NCBI GenBank assembly: GCA_045105515.1
Contig: JBGCDR010000177.1
Location: 43,590 to 107,589 of the forward strand
DNA length: 64,000 nucleotides
Reading direction: 5' to 3'
From: Oligoflexales bacterium
Lineage (GTDB): Bacteria; Bdellovibrionota_B; Oligoflexia; Oligoflexales; Bog-1112
Part shown: in pieces, positions 19,067 to 29,564 of the stretch
Layout: each line of letters opens with the position of its first letter
Numbering within the stretch: the first letter of the stretch is position 1
Program-made: the position numbers and the translations under genes
Notes under the pieces: model-generated
What the model was told of the DNA's origin: nothing
The model's input: the letters and a program-made list of their open reading frames with translations, nothing else
Databases searched by the model: none

Positions 19067-20344
19067 GTGAGTCCAGTCTTTAAATTCCCCATTGCCAGTT
19101 TTAGGAGCTGTATGTTCACTATAAAAGGAATCTTACTTTCCTTCGTCTTTATTTTTTGGATTGTATCACCTTTTTCTAATTCACATGCAATTACAACGAC
19201 ATCTCAAGGAAAGCCAGCGCTGCCTCTATCTGTTCCCAAAGCTGATCCACTTGGAGTCATCAGTCTGGAGGTCGGTGAAAAGAAAAGGCCAACCACTATT
19301 GTTCCATCCATCCAATTATCTCTGAAAACCTATATTAGAAGGCATGGAAACCCTATTGCAGCAATTGTTATGGTCGATGTTGCTACAGGCCATATTATCG
19401 CAATGGCACAGGGCCGTGCTCCTGAAAAATGGGGTGGACAATCCCACACTGCACTTTACGAGGGTTTCCCTGCGGCATCACTTTTTAAGGTGGTTCCGAC
19501 TATAGCAGCAATGGACGTTGCACAGCTTGAGCCCAGTACCGTTCTTGGGCTGACAGGAGGTTGTGCGAAGGTACATGCAAGGGGTTGGTGGTTACGTGAT
19601 GTAAAACCTACTCGCTATCACAAAATGAGTTTAAGTAGGGCTTTTGCAAATTCGTGTAATAGTTTTTTTGCCAAATTAACTCTTCAGTACCTTGGAGTGG
19701 GAGTTTTGAATAGTTATGCTAAGAAGCTAGGTTGGAACGAAGGAGGCATTGGTGCTGACTTTCATTTGAACACTAGCCCGATGAATCCTCCAAAGCCAGC
19801 TAGATCTGCCATTCATACGGTTGGAAGGTTTGCTGCAGGGTTTGGCATGGTTGGTCTCAGTCCTATTCATGCAGCTTGGATTAATTTGGTGATTGCCCGT
19901 GATGGAGTTCCCATGGCACTTAGGATATTTGCAGATGATAGCAGCAATGAATCTGTGATCTCAAAACAAAGAATCAAGCCGGTTTTTCATCAGGAGAATG
20001 CTATAAACCTCAGACGCATGATGCAAAAAACTGTGCGTTCAGGCACAGCTTCATCGGCCTTTCGTTCTTGGAAATACCGCAAAATTAAAAGGTCTGCTGG
20101 AGGCAAGACTGGGACCCTAAACAGCCAGGCTCCAAAGGGTCTGGCAACTTGGTTTGCGGGCTTAATGCCAGTTGAAAACCCTAAAGTTGTTGTGAGCGCG
20201 GTGGTCGTTAATGGTGGTCGCTGGATTATAAAGGGGTCTCATTTAGCAGCAGAAGGACTGCGTTTATGGGAAGAGTTTCAGAGAAAAAATCGTGATATTA
20301 TGGTCCTAGGACATTCCACTAATGGTACTCCTTCCAAAGGTTGA
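19067..20344 (+). CDS. penicillin-binding protein, transpeptidase domain only
   Basis: SLFK (SxxK), SCN (SxN), KTG motifs; N-terminal signal/anchor. Confidence 0.85.
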   Translation: MSPVFKFPIASFRSCMFTIKGILLSFVFIFWIVSPFSNSHAITTTSQGKPALPLSVPKADPLGVISLEVGEKKRPTTIVPSIQLSLKTYIRRHGNPIAAIVMVDVATGHIIAMAQGRAPEKWGGQSHTALYEGFPAASLFKVVPTIAAMDVAQLEPSTVLGLTGGCAKVHARGWWLRDVKPTRYHKMSLSRAFANSCNSFFAKLTLQYLGVGVLNSYAKKLGWNEGGIGADFHLNTSPMNPPKPARSAIHTVGRFAAGFGMVGLSPIHAAWINLVIARDGVPMALRIFADDSSNESVISKQRIKPVFHQENAINLRRMMQKTVRSGTASSAFRSWKYRKIKRSAGGKTGTLNSQAPKGLATWFAGLMPVENPKVVVSAVVVNGGRWIIKGSHLAAEGLRLWEEFQRKNRDIMVLGHSTNGTPSKG

Positions 20345-20485
20345 AAACATTCCTGTTCATGAAACCCCCTTGCTATATTTATTCGCCCATTGATATGTTT
20401 AAAAAGTTTAGTTCGCAATAAGATTCATTAAGGCTTGCTGGCTCTACATGTCTTCTTGCAAACATTATTGCTAGAAAGGAAATTG

Positions 20486-22360
20486 ATGGTTCAAGAGAAT
20501 AATTTTAGAAGTGTGATCGATCAAGGTCAACCACTAGTCATGGATGGAGCTTTAGGAACTGAGCTTTATAATCGGGGCGTTTTTATAAATCGTTGTTTTG
20601 AAGACGCTAATTTGACTACCCCTGAGCTGGTCAAAAAACTTCACGAAGACTACCTTGCGGCTGGAGCCGGAGTGATTACAACCAATAGCTGGGGAGCCAA
20701 TTCTGTCAAGCTCAGCAAACATAACCTTCATGACAAAGTGCAAGCTATAAATTTAAAGGCTGTTGAACTGGCGAAGTCTGCAGCTAATGGGGAAGCCTGG
20801 ATCTTTGGAAGTATGGGGCCTTTGGGGGTTAGGATTGAGCCATTTGGTCCAACATCATTTAACGAAGCAAAGTCTTTTTTCCGCGAACAAGCGAAGGCTT
20901 TACTTACTGGGGGAGTGGATGCCATTTGTTTGGAATCCTTTTCTGATTTGTCCGAGATGCAGCAAGCAATTTCTGCAGTTAGAGATTTAAGTTCGGAAAT
21001 TCCCATCATTGGCCATACTGTGATTACAGAAGATGCCCAGTCTCCCTATGGAAGCACAGTTGAGTGGATTATCAAAAAGCTTGATGAATGGCCTCTCGAT
21101 GTAATTGGCTTAAATTGTTCGGTAGGTCCACAGCCGATGATGAGCTGCATCCCTACGATTAAAAAGCTAACTAATAAACCCTTGAGTATGAGGCCTAATG
21201 CTGGGCTACCGAAACATGTAGAGGGTCGTTACATCTATATGAGCACACCCGAATATATGGCCCATTTTGCTCAAGAATTCTTTAGTGCAGGTGTCCAGTT
21301 TGTCGGTGGCTGTTGTGGAACTTCGCCCGAACATATCAAAGCAATGGCAAACACCTTAAGCTATGCTAAGGCAACAAAGCATGCAGATGTTCAGATTTCT
21401 AATATGAATGCCGAGGCAAAGAACACAAATAGCGAACATGAGGTAAAGGAGAAAGAGCGCGTTCCTTTAGCTAACAAGTCAGCCTGGTCTAAGGCAATTG
21501 CCCAAGGGGAACCAGTCTTTTCAATAGAACTACTTCCCCCAGCAGGAGTGGATCCCTCTAAGATTATCAGTCGGTCAAAGCAAGTTAAGGAAGCTGGGGT
21601 TCATGCAATAAACATCCCAGATGGACCAAGAGCAAGTTCACGCATGAGTGCAATGCTAACTGCAGTGATGATTGAGCAGCATGCTGGTATTGAAACAGTC
21701 TTGCATTATACCTGCCGTGATCGAAACCTTCTAGGCATGCAATCTGATATGCTGGGAGCTCACGCGATCGGCTTGCGCAATATGTTGCTGGTAACTGGAG
21801 ATCCCCCAAAATTAGGAAACTATCCTGACGCAACAGGTGTTTTCGATGTGGATGCCATTGGCCTGACTAATATGGTGCACCGTTTGAATGGAGGCTTAGA
21901 TTTAGGAGCACGATCAATTGGCGAGCCAGCAGCTCTGAGTATTGGTGTTGGCGTTAATCCGGTTCATCGCGACTTCAACTACGAGATGAAGCGATTTTCT
22001 TGGAAGGTTGATGCAGGGGCGGAATGGGCAATCACTCAACCTGTTTTTGATGTCAATGCGCTATTTGAGTTTCTGGAATATATTGATAAGCACAAGCTAA
22101 AAATTCCAATTATTGCTGGAGTTTGGCCTCTAATAAGCTATCGCAATGCCATCTTTATGAATAATGAAGTTCCAGGAGTAGTCATTCCTGATGATATTAT
22201 CAAGCGAATGGAAAAACCTAGTGATCCTGAAGATGCTAAGAAGCTTGGGGTTGAAATTGCCAATGAAATGGTGCAGAAATTGGGTAAGCATGTGCAAGGT
22301 ATCCAAGTCTCAGCTCCCTTTGGGCGTATTGATCTAGCTTTAAGCGTTATTGATAGATAA
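20486..22360 (+). CDS. bifunctional homocysteine S-methyltransferase / methylenetetrahydrofolate reductase (YitJ-like)
   Basis: DGALGTEL, GLNCSVGP, GGCCGT, then MTHFR domain (HYTCRDRNL, TGDPP, ITQPVFD); ATG 20486 has an AGGA RBS. Confidence 0.92.
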   Translation: MVQENNFRSVIDQGQPLVMDGALGTELYNRGVFINRCFEDANLTTPELVKKLHEDYLAAGAGVITTNSWGANSVKLSKHNLHDKVQAINLKAVELAKSAANGEAWIFGSMGPLGVRIEPFGPTSFNEAKSFFREQAKALLTGGVDAICLESFSDLSEMQQAISAVRDLSSEIPIIGHTVITEDAQSPYGSTVEWIIKKLDEWPLDVIGLNCSVGPQPMMSCIPTIKKLTNKPLSMRPNAGLPKHVEGRYIYMSTPEYMAHFAQEFFSAGVQFVGGCCGTSPEHIKAMANTLSYAKATKHADVQISNMNAEAKNTNSEHEVKEKERVPLANKSAWSKAIAQGEPVFSIELLPPAGVDPSKIISRSKQVKEAGVHAINIPDGPRASSRMSAMLTAVMIEQHAGIETVLHYTCRDRNLLGMQSDMLGAHAIGLRNMLLVTGDPPKLGNYPDATGVFDVDAIGLTNMVHRLNGGLDLGARSIGEPAALSIGVGVNPVHRDFNYEMKRFSWKVDAGAEWAITQPVFDVNALFEFLEYIDKHKLKIPIIAGVWPLISYRNAIFMNNEVPGVVIPDDIIKRMEKPSDPEDAKKLGVEIANEMVQKLGKHVQGIQVSAPFGRIDLALSVIDR

Positions 22361-22538
22361 ATATTGGAACAGATCTATCTCTTCTTTACCGTCTATTCGA
22401 TCAATATTCTAATCCTTGCTCTAATATATTTGGGTGTAGCTAGTATCCTTGGAGCTATTCTATGGGGACGCTGTACCTGCCATTCTGAGTAGCCAGTCTG
22501 CGCTCTTAAACCAAACCAGCATAAATTAAAGGCTTGAC

Positions 22539-23915
22539 ATGACTTCCCAAGAGCAATCTTATAATAAATATATACATCAATATAGTGAGCCAGAAACAAT
22601 ACTTGGTAAATGGATTGTTGATCTTACCCATGAAGAAGGGGCTTTTGATCGGCTCTTAGTAGTTCCATTGTGTTCAGAACGAGAAGCTTTCCCATTCATG
22701 ATGCAATCAGTCGTTGAAGCAGTGTCAAAACATTCATTGAATATTTTGCTTATCTTAGTAGTTAACCACAGAAAAGATTCACCAGACTGGATGCAGGAAA
22801 ATAATAGAGTCTTTTTAGAGGAGTGGGGACGGAAGCTAGAAGAAAAAAAATTTCATCCTAGTACTGGAGCTTTTTTTGGAAAGTATAAATCTTTGCAAAT
22901 ATTGTTTGTAGATAGAGCAACTATTGGGCGGGAGTTTCCAGAAAAGCAAGGTGTAGGCCTAGCAAGGAAGATTGGTTGCGATATTGCCTTCTTCTTGTGG
23001 TTTGCCAATAAATCAATAGCCCCTTTTGCATTTACAAGTGATGGTGATGCCGTTTTACCACAAGATTATTTTGTAGGATTTGATTGGAAAGTTCTTGTGG
23101 ATGAGCATGTTAGTGCGGTCACTTTTCCTTTTGAGCATTTTGAGCTTGCTTCCATGAATAAAAACGAAATTAGAGCAATGCATGCTTATGATTTTTATCT
23201 ACGTTATTATCAGCAAGGATTGGAAAACTCAGGGTCCCCATATGCCTACCAAAATATCGGATCAACTATCTGCTTTTCGTTATCCTTTTATGGGAAAGTA
23301 AGAGGTTTTCCAAAAAAACAAGCAGGTGAAGATTTCTATTTCTTGAACAAATTAAGAAAAATGGGACCTATAAGAGAAAAAAAAGGAAATACTATTCAAC
23401 TCCAAGGAAGACCTTCGATTCGTGTTCCTTTTGGAACTGGAAAATCAATAATAAATATTGCAGGGACTCTAGCCAAGGGAGAAGAGTATTTAATTTACCA
23501 TCCACATGTATTTAAAATACTAAAAATACTTCTTGAAGAGGTAGATCACTTCTGTGAATTTAAAAATTATCACAGATTCTTAGTTGCTTGTGAAAAAAGA
23601 TTCTTGCTTAATAAATTATATTATTGCGAAAAAAATTTTTTTAATATCAATGACCTCAATGAAATAATGGTAAATTTAGGTTTAAAAGACTTTTTACAAA
23701 ATAAAATTAATCAGGTCATGAGCCAAAATGTTTACCAATTCATGGTATGGTTTGATTCATTTAAAACTCTGAAATTTGTGCATGAGTTACGCGATAAATT
23801 TTTCCCATCTATCGCTATTCTTTCAGCTCATTTGAGTACTAGTGATTGGAAAGTTATACACGCAAAAAAAGGTATATCTATCAATGGAAACAGAATCAAC
23901 TCTTTACACCATTGA
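22539..23915 (+). CDS. GT-A (family 2-like) glycosyltransferase of an uncharacterised conserved family
   Basis: GVGLARKIGCD, DxD (DGD), AGEDFYFL, R.S.RVPFGTG motifs. Confidence 0.7.
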   Translation: MTSQEQSYNKYIHQYSEPETILGKWIVDLTHEEGAFDRLLVVPLCSEREAFPFMMQSVVEAVSKHSLNILLILVVNHRKDSPDWMQENNRVFLEEWGRKLEEKKFHPSTGAFFGKYKSLQILFVDRATIGREFPEKQGVGLARKIGCDIAFFLWFANKSIAPFAFTSDGDAVLPQDYFVGFDWKVLVDEHVSAVTFPFEHFELASMNKNEIRAMHAYDFYLRYYQQGLENSGSPYAYQNIGSTICFSLSFYGKVRGFPKKQAGEDFYFLNKLRKMGPIREKKGNTIQLQGRPSIRVPFGTGKSIINIAGTLAKGEEYLIYHPHVFKILKILLEEVDHFCEFKNYHRFLVACEKRFLLNKLYYCEKNFFNINDLNEIMVNLGLKDFLQNKINQVMSQNVYQFMVWFDSFKTLKFVHELRDKFFPSIAILSAHLSTSDWKVIHAKKGISINGNRINSLHH

Positions 23916-24043
23916 ATCTGATTTATTTAATCGCATTTATTTACCCCATTAATTTAAAATAAAGTATAAATCATTGCTCTTTAATGCGTAGCTGGTTTAT
24001 AAAGACAAGTAATATAACCATTTTTAAAAATCGTGGTGATATA

Positions 24044-27000
24044 ATGTCTTGTAAACTATCGCTTTTAAGTGTACTTAATATGTTAGTATTATTGGGTTTT
24101 TATGTTCCGAAATCAAAAGCGGAAAAAATTTTTGTTACTGGAAAAGATCATGGAGAATTAAGTCCTGGTCATGTACAGGCTGCAGAGGACTTTTTTTCCT
24201 CTAAGCTAAAACAAAACGGAAATTTTGATGCTGAAAAGATAATGGAATTTCTTCAGTATCTCAAGCATGAAAAAAAGGTTGTTGTTAAAGAAGTTTATGA
24301 AACTATCCTTTTTGAAAAACTAGCAATAGATATAAAAAAATACAAGAAATCCAAGAAAAAAGCAGAGGAGAAAAGTGGATCCGAGGGGTCTATTATCAGG
24401 GGCTATAATGAGTATTTAATCCCTAAAATAGAACATTTGTATAAGTTAGTTAGTTCTAATATAGACCAGGATCTGTGGCAAGGAATTGTTGATGATTTTG
24501 CTCGGGTTTATGTAACCTATTTTATTCCCAATGGGCATCGCAGCCCATGGCCGGAAGATGTGGACATAGTGCATGTTGGAAAAAGGTTATTCAAACCAAA
24601 TAAATTTCGAAAGAATGATATCGATGGTATTCAAGCCTTCAATCTGCAAACTGATCGTAAAAACATTGTACCTATTCGTGGTTGCTTGGGAAAACATATA
24701 AAATTATATCATTATCTGAGTCCGGAAGAACTAAAAAAACTTATAAAATGTGGTTATGATATATCAAAAATAGATCCTGGTGTGAGTATTTTATGGCAAA
24801 AGCCCTCCTATACAAATAAAAAAAAAGATCTGGCGGAAGTAGATTACTTTCCTGAAGATGACGATCGAATTGTCTATAAACGAGTCAATTTTAGATCAAG
24901 ATTATCTGAGAAAATTAAAACCAAATTTAAGAATAAACGTAATGGTAGAACTTATGATCTAAAGGTTAAAATGGGTCAAGAGGTCCATTCTGAACTCTTA
25001 GTAAGTAGGTTACTTGCTAAAGCTGGATTAAATCAGGATAGAGTTCAGTACCGGAAAAAGGTTAGGATATATCTCGAAGATGAAAGTCTGGAAGAATTTT
25101 TTGCAGCTTTTGCTAGTAAGTATCGGATTGAATCAATTGCAAGATTTATCAAAGCTCATGGGGTTGAAGAAGAAACTGGAGTGGAGTGGATTGAAATTAA
25201 GGACGTTCTTTTGGAGGGGCGGCCTGATGATGAAGTTCGGGTAGCACCATTTGACATAGGGAGCTGGGACCTTCAAAATCGCAGAGAGTATCGATCGCTG
25301 ATCTTACTTCTTGGATGGATGGGAATTCATGATCTACATCCTGGCAATTGCAAATTGGTTTTCAAAGAGAGTGATCAAGGATTAATGCCCATGCATCGAC
25401 TTCATGATCCTGCGTCTTCCTTGGGAGGGCCAATGTATCTAAAAAAGCCCAAGCAAATCTTTTCATTGGGATCAATTTATAGAGTTAATGCATTTACTGA
25501 TAGCTTTGTTAAATTGGATAAGAAGGAAAAAAATGTCAAGATTTTTTGGAATGACTTCGCAAATCGTCGACGCAATTTTCAAAATACTACTTGGTTTGAT
25601 CTTAAATGGATGGCACGAAACATCGCTTCAATAGACAAGCAGCAAATCTGGGATATTTTAGTTCAGACAGGGATGCCTTTTCCTATTGCAAAAATCTACT
25701 ATCTTAAGCTTCTCTTAAGAAGAAACGAAATACTTAAATCCTTTGATTTGGACAGTGAGTTTGAGTTAGATGATGTTCCGGATCTTAAAGACGTTAACCT
25801 TCAAGATGAGGATGGAGATGTCATTAAAAAAGGTAAGGTTGTTAAGACATACTTTAAAGATAAGAATGACCCTGTTCAAATAGCGAGTAATTGGTGGACT
25901 GCCTTACCGTCACTGATAACTTTTGATATACCTGTGCAGGAATGGAGAATCGCGCAGAGTAAGGATAATGGGACTAGTGGACTCTCAGGCCTTGAAGGTG
26001 TTAAACAAGATTTAAATTTAAGTAACTTTAGCCGTACAAGTACGAAATTTCCCATTGGTTTAGGCATTACCGCGATTGCTACCAGAAGAGTTGAGCCAAA
26101 TTTTCAGTTGATGGGAGCGAATGGAAAGATTCATCTCTATAAAATAACTGATTCGATTCAATTACAGGTTGGTGTAGATTCTCCATTATTACGCAAACTA
26201 ATTAAGAAGGTGCCAATATTAGAGGCTGACTTTAAGCTAAGTTTGTATGTTAAAGAATTTAGGCATATTCATTATGAAGATGAAGTTGGGAAAGCATATT
26301 TCTCAAAGTATGATTTGATCAAGATAATTTGTAATATAAATCATTATGCAGCTTTTAAATTGAAACCTCTCGAGGTTATTCACTCATTTGATAAAATAGG
26401 TTTTGAAATGGAAAGTGGAATAGGTGCTTATTCTACTGATCCGATATTCTCTAATGAACTTAGTTTTTTAGGGGGCATCCGTAAGATTACTTCTAATTAT
26501 ATTGTTAGAGACCAATATGGAGAGCTTCATTATTACAAGGATAGGGATTTTGGAAATTATGGTGGCTTATCTCTTGATCTTGGGTCTGTCAATTTGTTTG
26601 CTTTGAATTTGCCCCTTTTTAATATGAGACTAGGATCTTCCAGATTCACTTATCATATGAAAGATTATGTGATGAGGTTGCCAGAACAGGATCGTGACAA
26701 GGCAGAAGAACTGGTGACCGAGAGTCGTAAGCTAAAAGAATATCTAGCATTAAAGGACTTGTCGAAGTCTCAAGTTTCTTCTGATGCTGTTGATCTAAAT
26801 TATTCGGTGGATGCAAAAGGTTCTGCTTCCACGAAAGGCTTAGGTTTACTTTTCTTATTTAATAAGCTGTCTGCAAAGTCAAAGGTAAGCTCTGAAGTTA
26901 CCCTGAAAAATGGTGAACATAAGTATTTTTATAGAATTTCTCGGGTAGATAATAAGCATGTTGGAGTTGAACAGTTAGAATTAGAGATCAGCTCATTTGA

Positions 27001-27850
27001 TTTGCTAGTTAAAAATAGGAAGAGAACCCAAATTGAGTTAGAAATGGATGAGGATGAAGGAGAGAATTTTGTATTGGTGCTTAGAACAGAGGGCTTTTAT
27101 CGCTCGAGAACCTTAGAGAAAGTCAATGCACTAATTCATGATTTGAATAGGCGATATTCGGTAGATAATACGAATCAATTCTATGATAATTTTATCTTAC
27201 CAACTGAGGACCAAATCAAAAAATATCCTAAAGTTTATGCCTTGACTCATACATTTTTATTTGGAAAGGAATTAAAAAAAATATTTTCCAAATATAGTGA
27301 TAATGAGATAAAAGCGATCACTCGATCACACTTCACTAACTCTTGGTACTTTACACCAGGAGAACCTGCTAAAATTAAGGATTTTCGAAAAAAATATGCT
27401 TTAAAAGTCAGAGTCAATAAAGTCTTAGCATTGTATAAGAAAATAAAAAATGATTATGGACGGGAGCCAAACCGTGAAATTAATCGATCAATAGCAAAAA
27501 ATCTTGTTAAATTAGTCAGACTGCTTAAAACTGACGTATTTGGCTTACACTTTTTTAAAGAGGTTTGTGGAAAAGATGGGATGTTCGTTATTGGTGAAAT
27601 AACGGGATTACTTCGAAGTTATTCAGCATTAAATGACTTGATGCAGCTGCAGCGAAGAAGGTTTATGGCGAAAAGCTGGGGAACTTATGTTGATCGTCCT
27701 CCCTTACAAAAATTCTTAAGAAAAAATCGCCTAATTCCGCCATCATCACATATTGAAAAGTCTAACACTGACAATGATATTTTTGGAAAACTCCAAACTG
27801 GTGTGCCTCCTAATTTGGATTCTCTTTATAATCACAATGATCATTTTTAA
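24044..27850 (+). CDS. large exported protein with atypical kinase-like central domain and beta-rich C-terminal half
   Basis: Signal peptide from M at 24044; KVKMG.E..SE...SRLL, HDLHPGN and HD motifs (ORF track starts at 23984). Confidence 0.6.
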   Translation: MSCKLSLLSVLNMLVLLGFYVPKSKAEKIFVTGKDHGELSPGHVQAAEDFFSSKLKQNGNFDAEKIMEFLQYLKHEKKVVVKEVYETILFEKLAIDIKKYKKSKKKAEEKSGSEGSIIRGYNEYLIPKIEHLYKLVSSNIDQDLWQGIVDDFARVYVTYFIPNGHRSPWPEDVDIVHVGKRLFKPNKFRKNDIDGIQAFNLQTDRKNIVPIRGCLGKHIKLYHYLSPEELKKLIKCGYDISKIDPGVSILWQKPSYTNKKKDLAEVDYFPEDDDRIVYKRVNFRSRLSEKIKTKFKNKRNGRTYDLKVKMGQEVHSELLVSRLLAKAGLNQDRVQYRKKVRIYLEDESLEEFFAAFASKYRIESIARFIKAHGVEEETGVEWIEIKDVLLEGRPDDEVRVAPFDIGSWDLQNRREYRSLILLLGWMGIHDLHPGNCKLVFKESDQGLMPMHRLHDPASSLGGPMYLKKPKQIFSLGSIYRVNAFTDSFVKLDKKEKNVKIFWNDFANRRRNFQNTTWFDLKWMARNIASIDKQQIWDILVQTGMPFPIAKIYYLKLLLRRNEILKSFDLDSEFELDDVPDLKDVNLQDEDGDVIKKGKVVKTYFKDKNDPVQIASNWWTALPSLITFDIPVQEWRIAQSKDNGTSGLSGLEGVKQDLNLSNFSRTSTKFPIGLGITAIATRRVEPNFQLMGANGKIHLYKITDSIQLQVGVDSPLLRKLIKKVPILEADFKLSLYVKEFRHIHYEDEVGKAYFSKYDLIKIICNINHYAAFKLKPLEVIHSFDKIGFEMESGIGAYSTDPIFSNELSFLGGIRKITSNYIVRDQYGELHYYKDRDFGNYGGLSLDLGSVNLFALNLPLFNMRLGSSRFTYHMKDYVMRLPEQDRDKAEELVTESRKLKEYLALKDLSKSQVSSDAVDLNYSVDAKGSASTKGLGLLFLFNKLSAKSKVSSEVTLKNGEHKYFYRISRVDNKHVGVEQLELEISSFDLLVKNRKRTQIELEMDEDEGENFVLVLRTEGFYRSRTLEKVNALIHDLNRRYSVDNTNQFYDNFILPTEDQIKKYPKVYALTHTFLFGKELKKIFSKYSDNEIKAITRSHFTNSWYFTPGEPAKIKDFRKKYALKVRVNKVLALYKKIKNDYGREPNREINRSIAKNLVKLVRLLKTDVFGLHFFKEVCGKDGMFVIGEITGLLRSYSALNDLMQLQRRRFMAKSWGTYVDRPPLQKFLRKNRLIPPSSHIEKSNTDNDIFGKLQTGVPPNLDSLYNHNDHF

Positions 27851-27928
27851 ATCCCGATGGTTACACATTATCTTTAGGATTCTAAGTTTAAACAAGTCTT
27901 CGAAAATAGAAGATATGAAGCCTCTTGC

Positions 27929-29323
27929 TTATTTAATTTTGATGGTTTTAGCGAGCAAAGGCGGGGTTTTTAATTTTTCGATGAGATCATATTCTATAAG
28001 ATGATCAAAGTATTCTTGTGGGGAATACCTCTTTATTTTTCTAGCTTTTTTTATAGGGAATTTTAAATATGGTGAGGGCAATTCACCTTTGTACCTGTAA
28101 TTCTGCCATTCCATAGCGATCTTTTGGTTTAATAGCTCAATACATTGTAGCAGTGCTTTAGCTATGAATTCTGAACAGGTAACTTTTCCTGTATGAGAAA
28201 AGTAGATTTGATCTTCTTGCCTAGTTTTAGTTATGCTATAGTCTAGTGCAAAAATTGACTTGATTCTTCTAACTTCGGGATTGTACAATCGAGAAAAATT
28301 TTGGTTTTTATTGTCAATAAAGTATTTCTTCATGATTTCCTCAAATCTTTCCTCTATCGATTCTAACCATGTTTCTCCATAGAGATCTTTAAATTGCTTT
28401 GTCATTAATGATGGTACAGGAATCAACTTCTCCAGTTTTAAGTAGTAAGTATCATAAACATATGAGACTAAAGGCATTGTACCCACCTTGTACTTGGATG
28501 GTTTACCCCACATGTGGCTTTCATATTTTATATCGTTCCAGCTGAATGCAAGAGAAAAATGACTAACCCTAAGGTTGAGTATATATGCCAGAGCTTCCAA
28601 GGTTAGAATATGACCAGCCCCGGCATTTCTATATGCAAAATCATTTCTAAAATCATAGGCAACTAGATAGACGCCTTTCTTTGGCTGAAATTCGTGAGCA
28701 TGAGCAAGCAGTTTTCTGTGAAGGTCATAGGCAGCTTCGGCTTTGTTTTTAAGGTTTGCAATCTTGGGGTCAGTAGATAAAATTTTAAGAAAACCCCATT
28801 TTTCGAAGTCTTGAAATAGTATGTGGAGATGTACCATGCTTATTAGTTTTCTCAACTCTCGAACTTTCATTTGTTCGACAGGATGAATGGGGCTGTTAGT
28901 TACTAACTTTTCAGAAATATTTTTAATTTTTATGCTGATTTCGTCATAGCTTTTTTGAGTCTTGTATGTGTATGTAATTAAGTGAGATATCACCTGTGGA
29001 TCGAGCTTTGATGAGTTGATATTTGCTTTAAAATTCTGGCTAGATCTCAACTTCTTGTTGACTTTTTTGTTTCCCCATAAAGTCTTAAAGAATTTTAGGA
29101 TAAAGTCTTGATCAAGTCGCTGTTGTGTGAATGTCGGGCTATTTATAGCGAGCTCTTTATATTTTGACAATAAGTGAAGTGCTTGTTGCAGCTCAAGATT
29201 CCTCAACGAAGTGTCAGGTTTAGCTAGAAAAAGAGATAAACCTGAAGTTTTTTGGCATAAAATATTTTGGCTACTCGCTGCGATGAAAAATAAGATTATT
29301 GATTTTAAAATTCCGCTCTTCAT
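27929..29323 (-). CDS. exported protein with C-terminal permuted papain-like (NlpC/P60, YiiX/YebB-like) domain
   Basis: Signal peptide MKSGILKSIILFFIAASS; SHFSL ... ESH ... TCSEFIAKAL ... YSP (His before Cys); AGGGAG RBS at the 29323 start. Confidence 0.55.
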   Translation of the reverse strand: MKSGILKSIILFFIAASSQNILCQKTSGLSLFLAKPDTSLRNLELQQALHLLSKYKELAINSPTFTQQRLDQDFILKFFKTLWGNKKVNKKLRSSQNFKANINSSKLDPQVISHLITYTYKTQKSYDEISIKIKNISEKLVTNSPIHPVEQMKVRELRKLISMVHLHILFQDFEKWGFLKILSTDPKIANLKNKAEAAYDLHRKLLAHAHEFQPKKGVYLVAYDFRNDFAYRNAGAGHILTLEALAYILNLRVSHFSLAFSWNDIKYESHMWGKPSKYKVGTMPLVSYVYDTYYLKLEKLIPVPSLMTKQFKDLYGETWLESIEERFEEIMKKYFIDNKNQNFSRLYNPEVRRIKSIFALDYSITKTRQEDQIYFSHTGKVTCSEFIAKALLQCIELLNQKIAMEWQNYRYKGELPSPYLKFPIKKARKIKRYSPQEYFDHLIEYDLIEKLKTPPLLAKTIKIK

Positions 29324-29564
29324 ATACAAATCTCCCTTAAATTGCATTGTTTTTATATCTTTTTATACAGATCGATCCAACATAATTATCACAAGCTTGC
29401 TCAGAGTCGCATTTGTTTAGCATTGAAATTATTGGTGATTTAGATAATTCTAGTTTGTGCAAAGAGATAGTGGTTGATTTTTGTAGGGCTTATCAGCAAA
29501 ACAACTGATAGAATGTGCTCCCGTCGAGGGTTTAAGATAGAAACGATGTTCGTAAGGAGACAGA

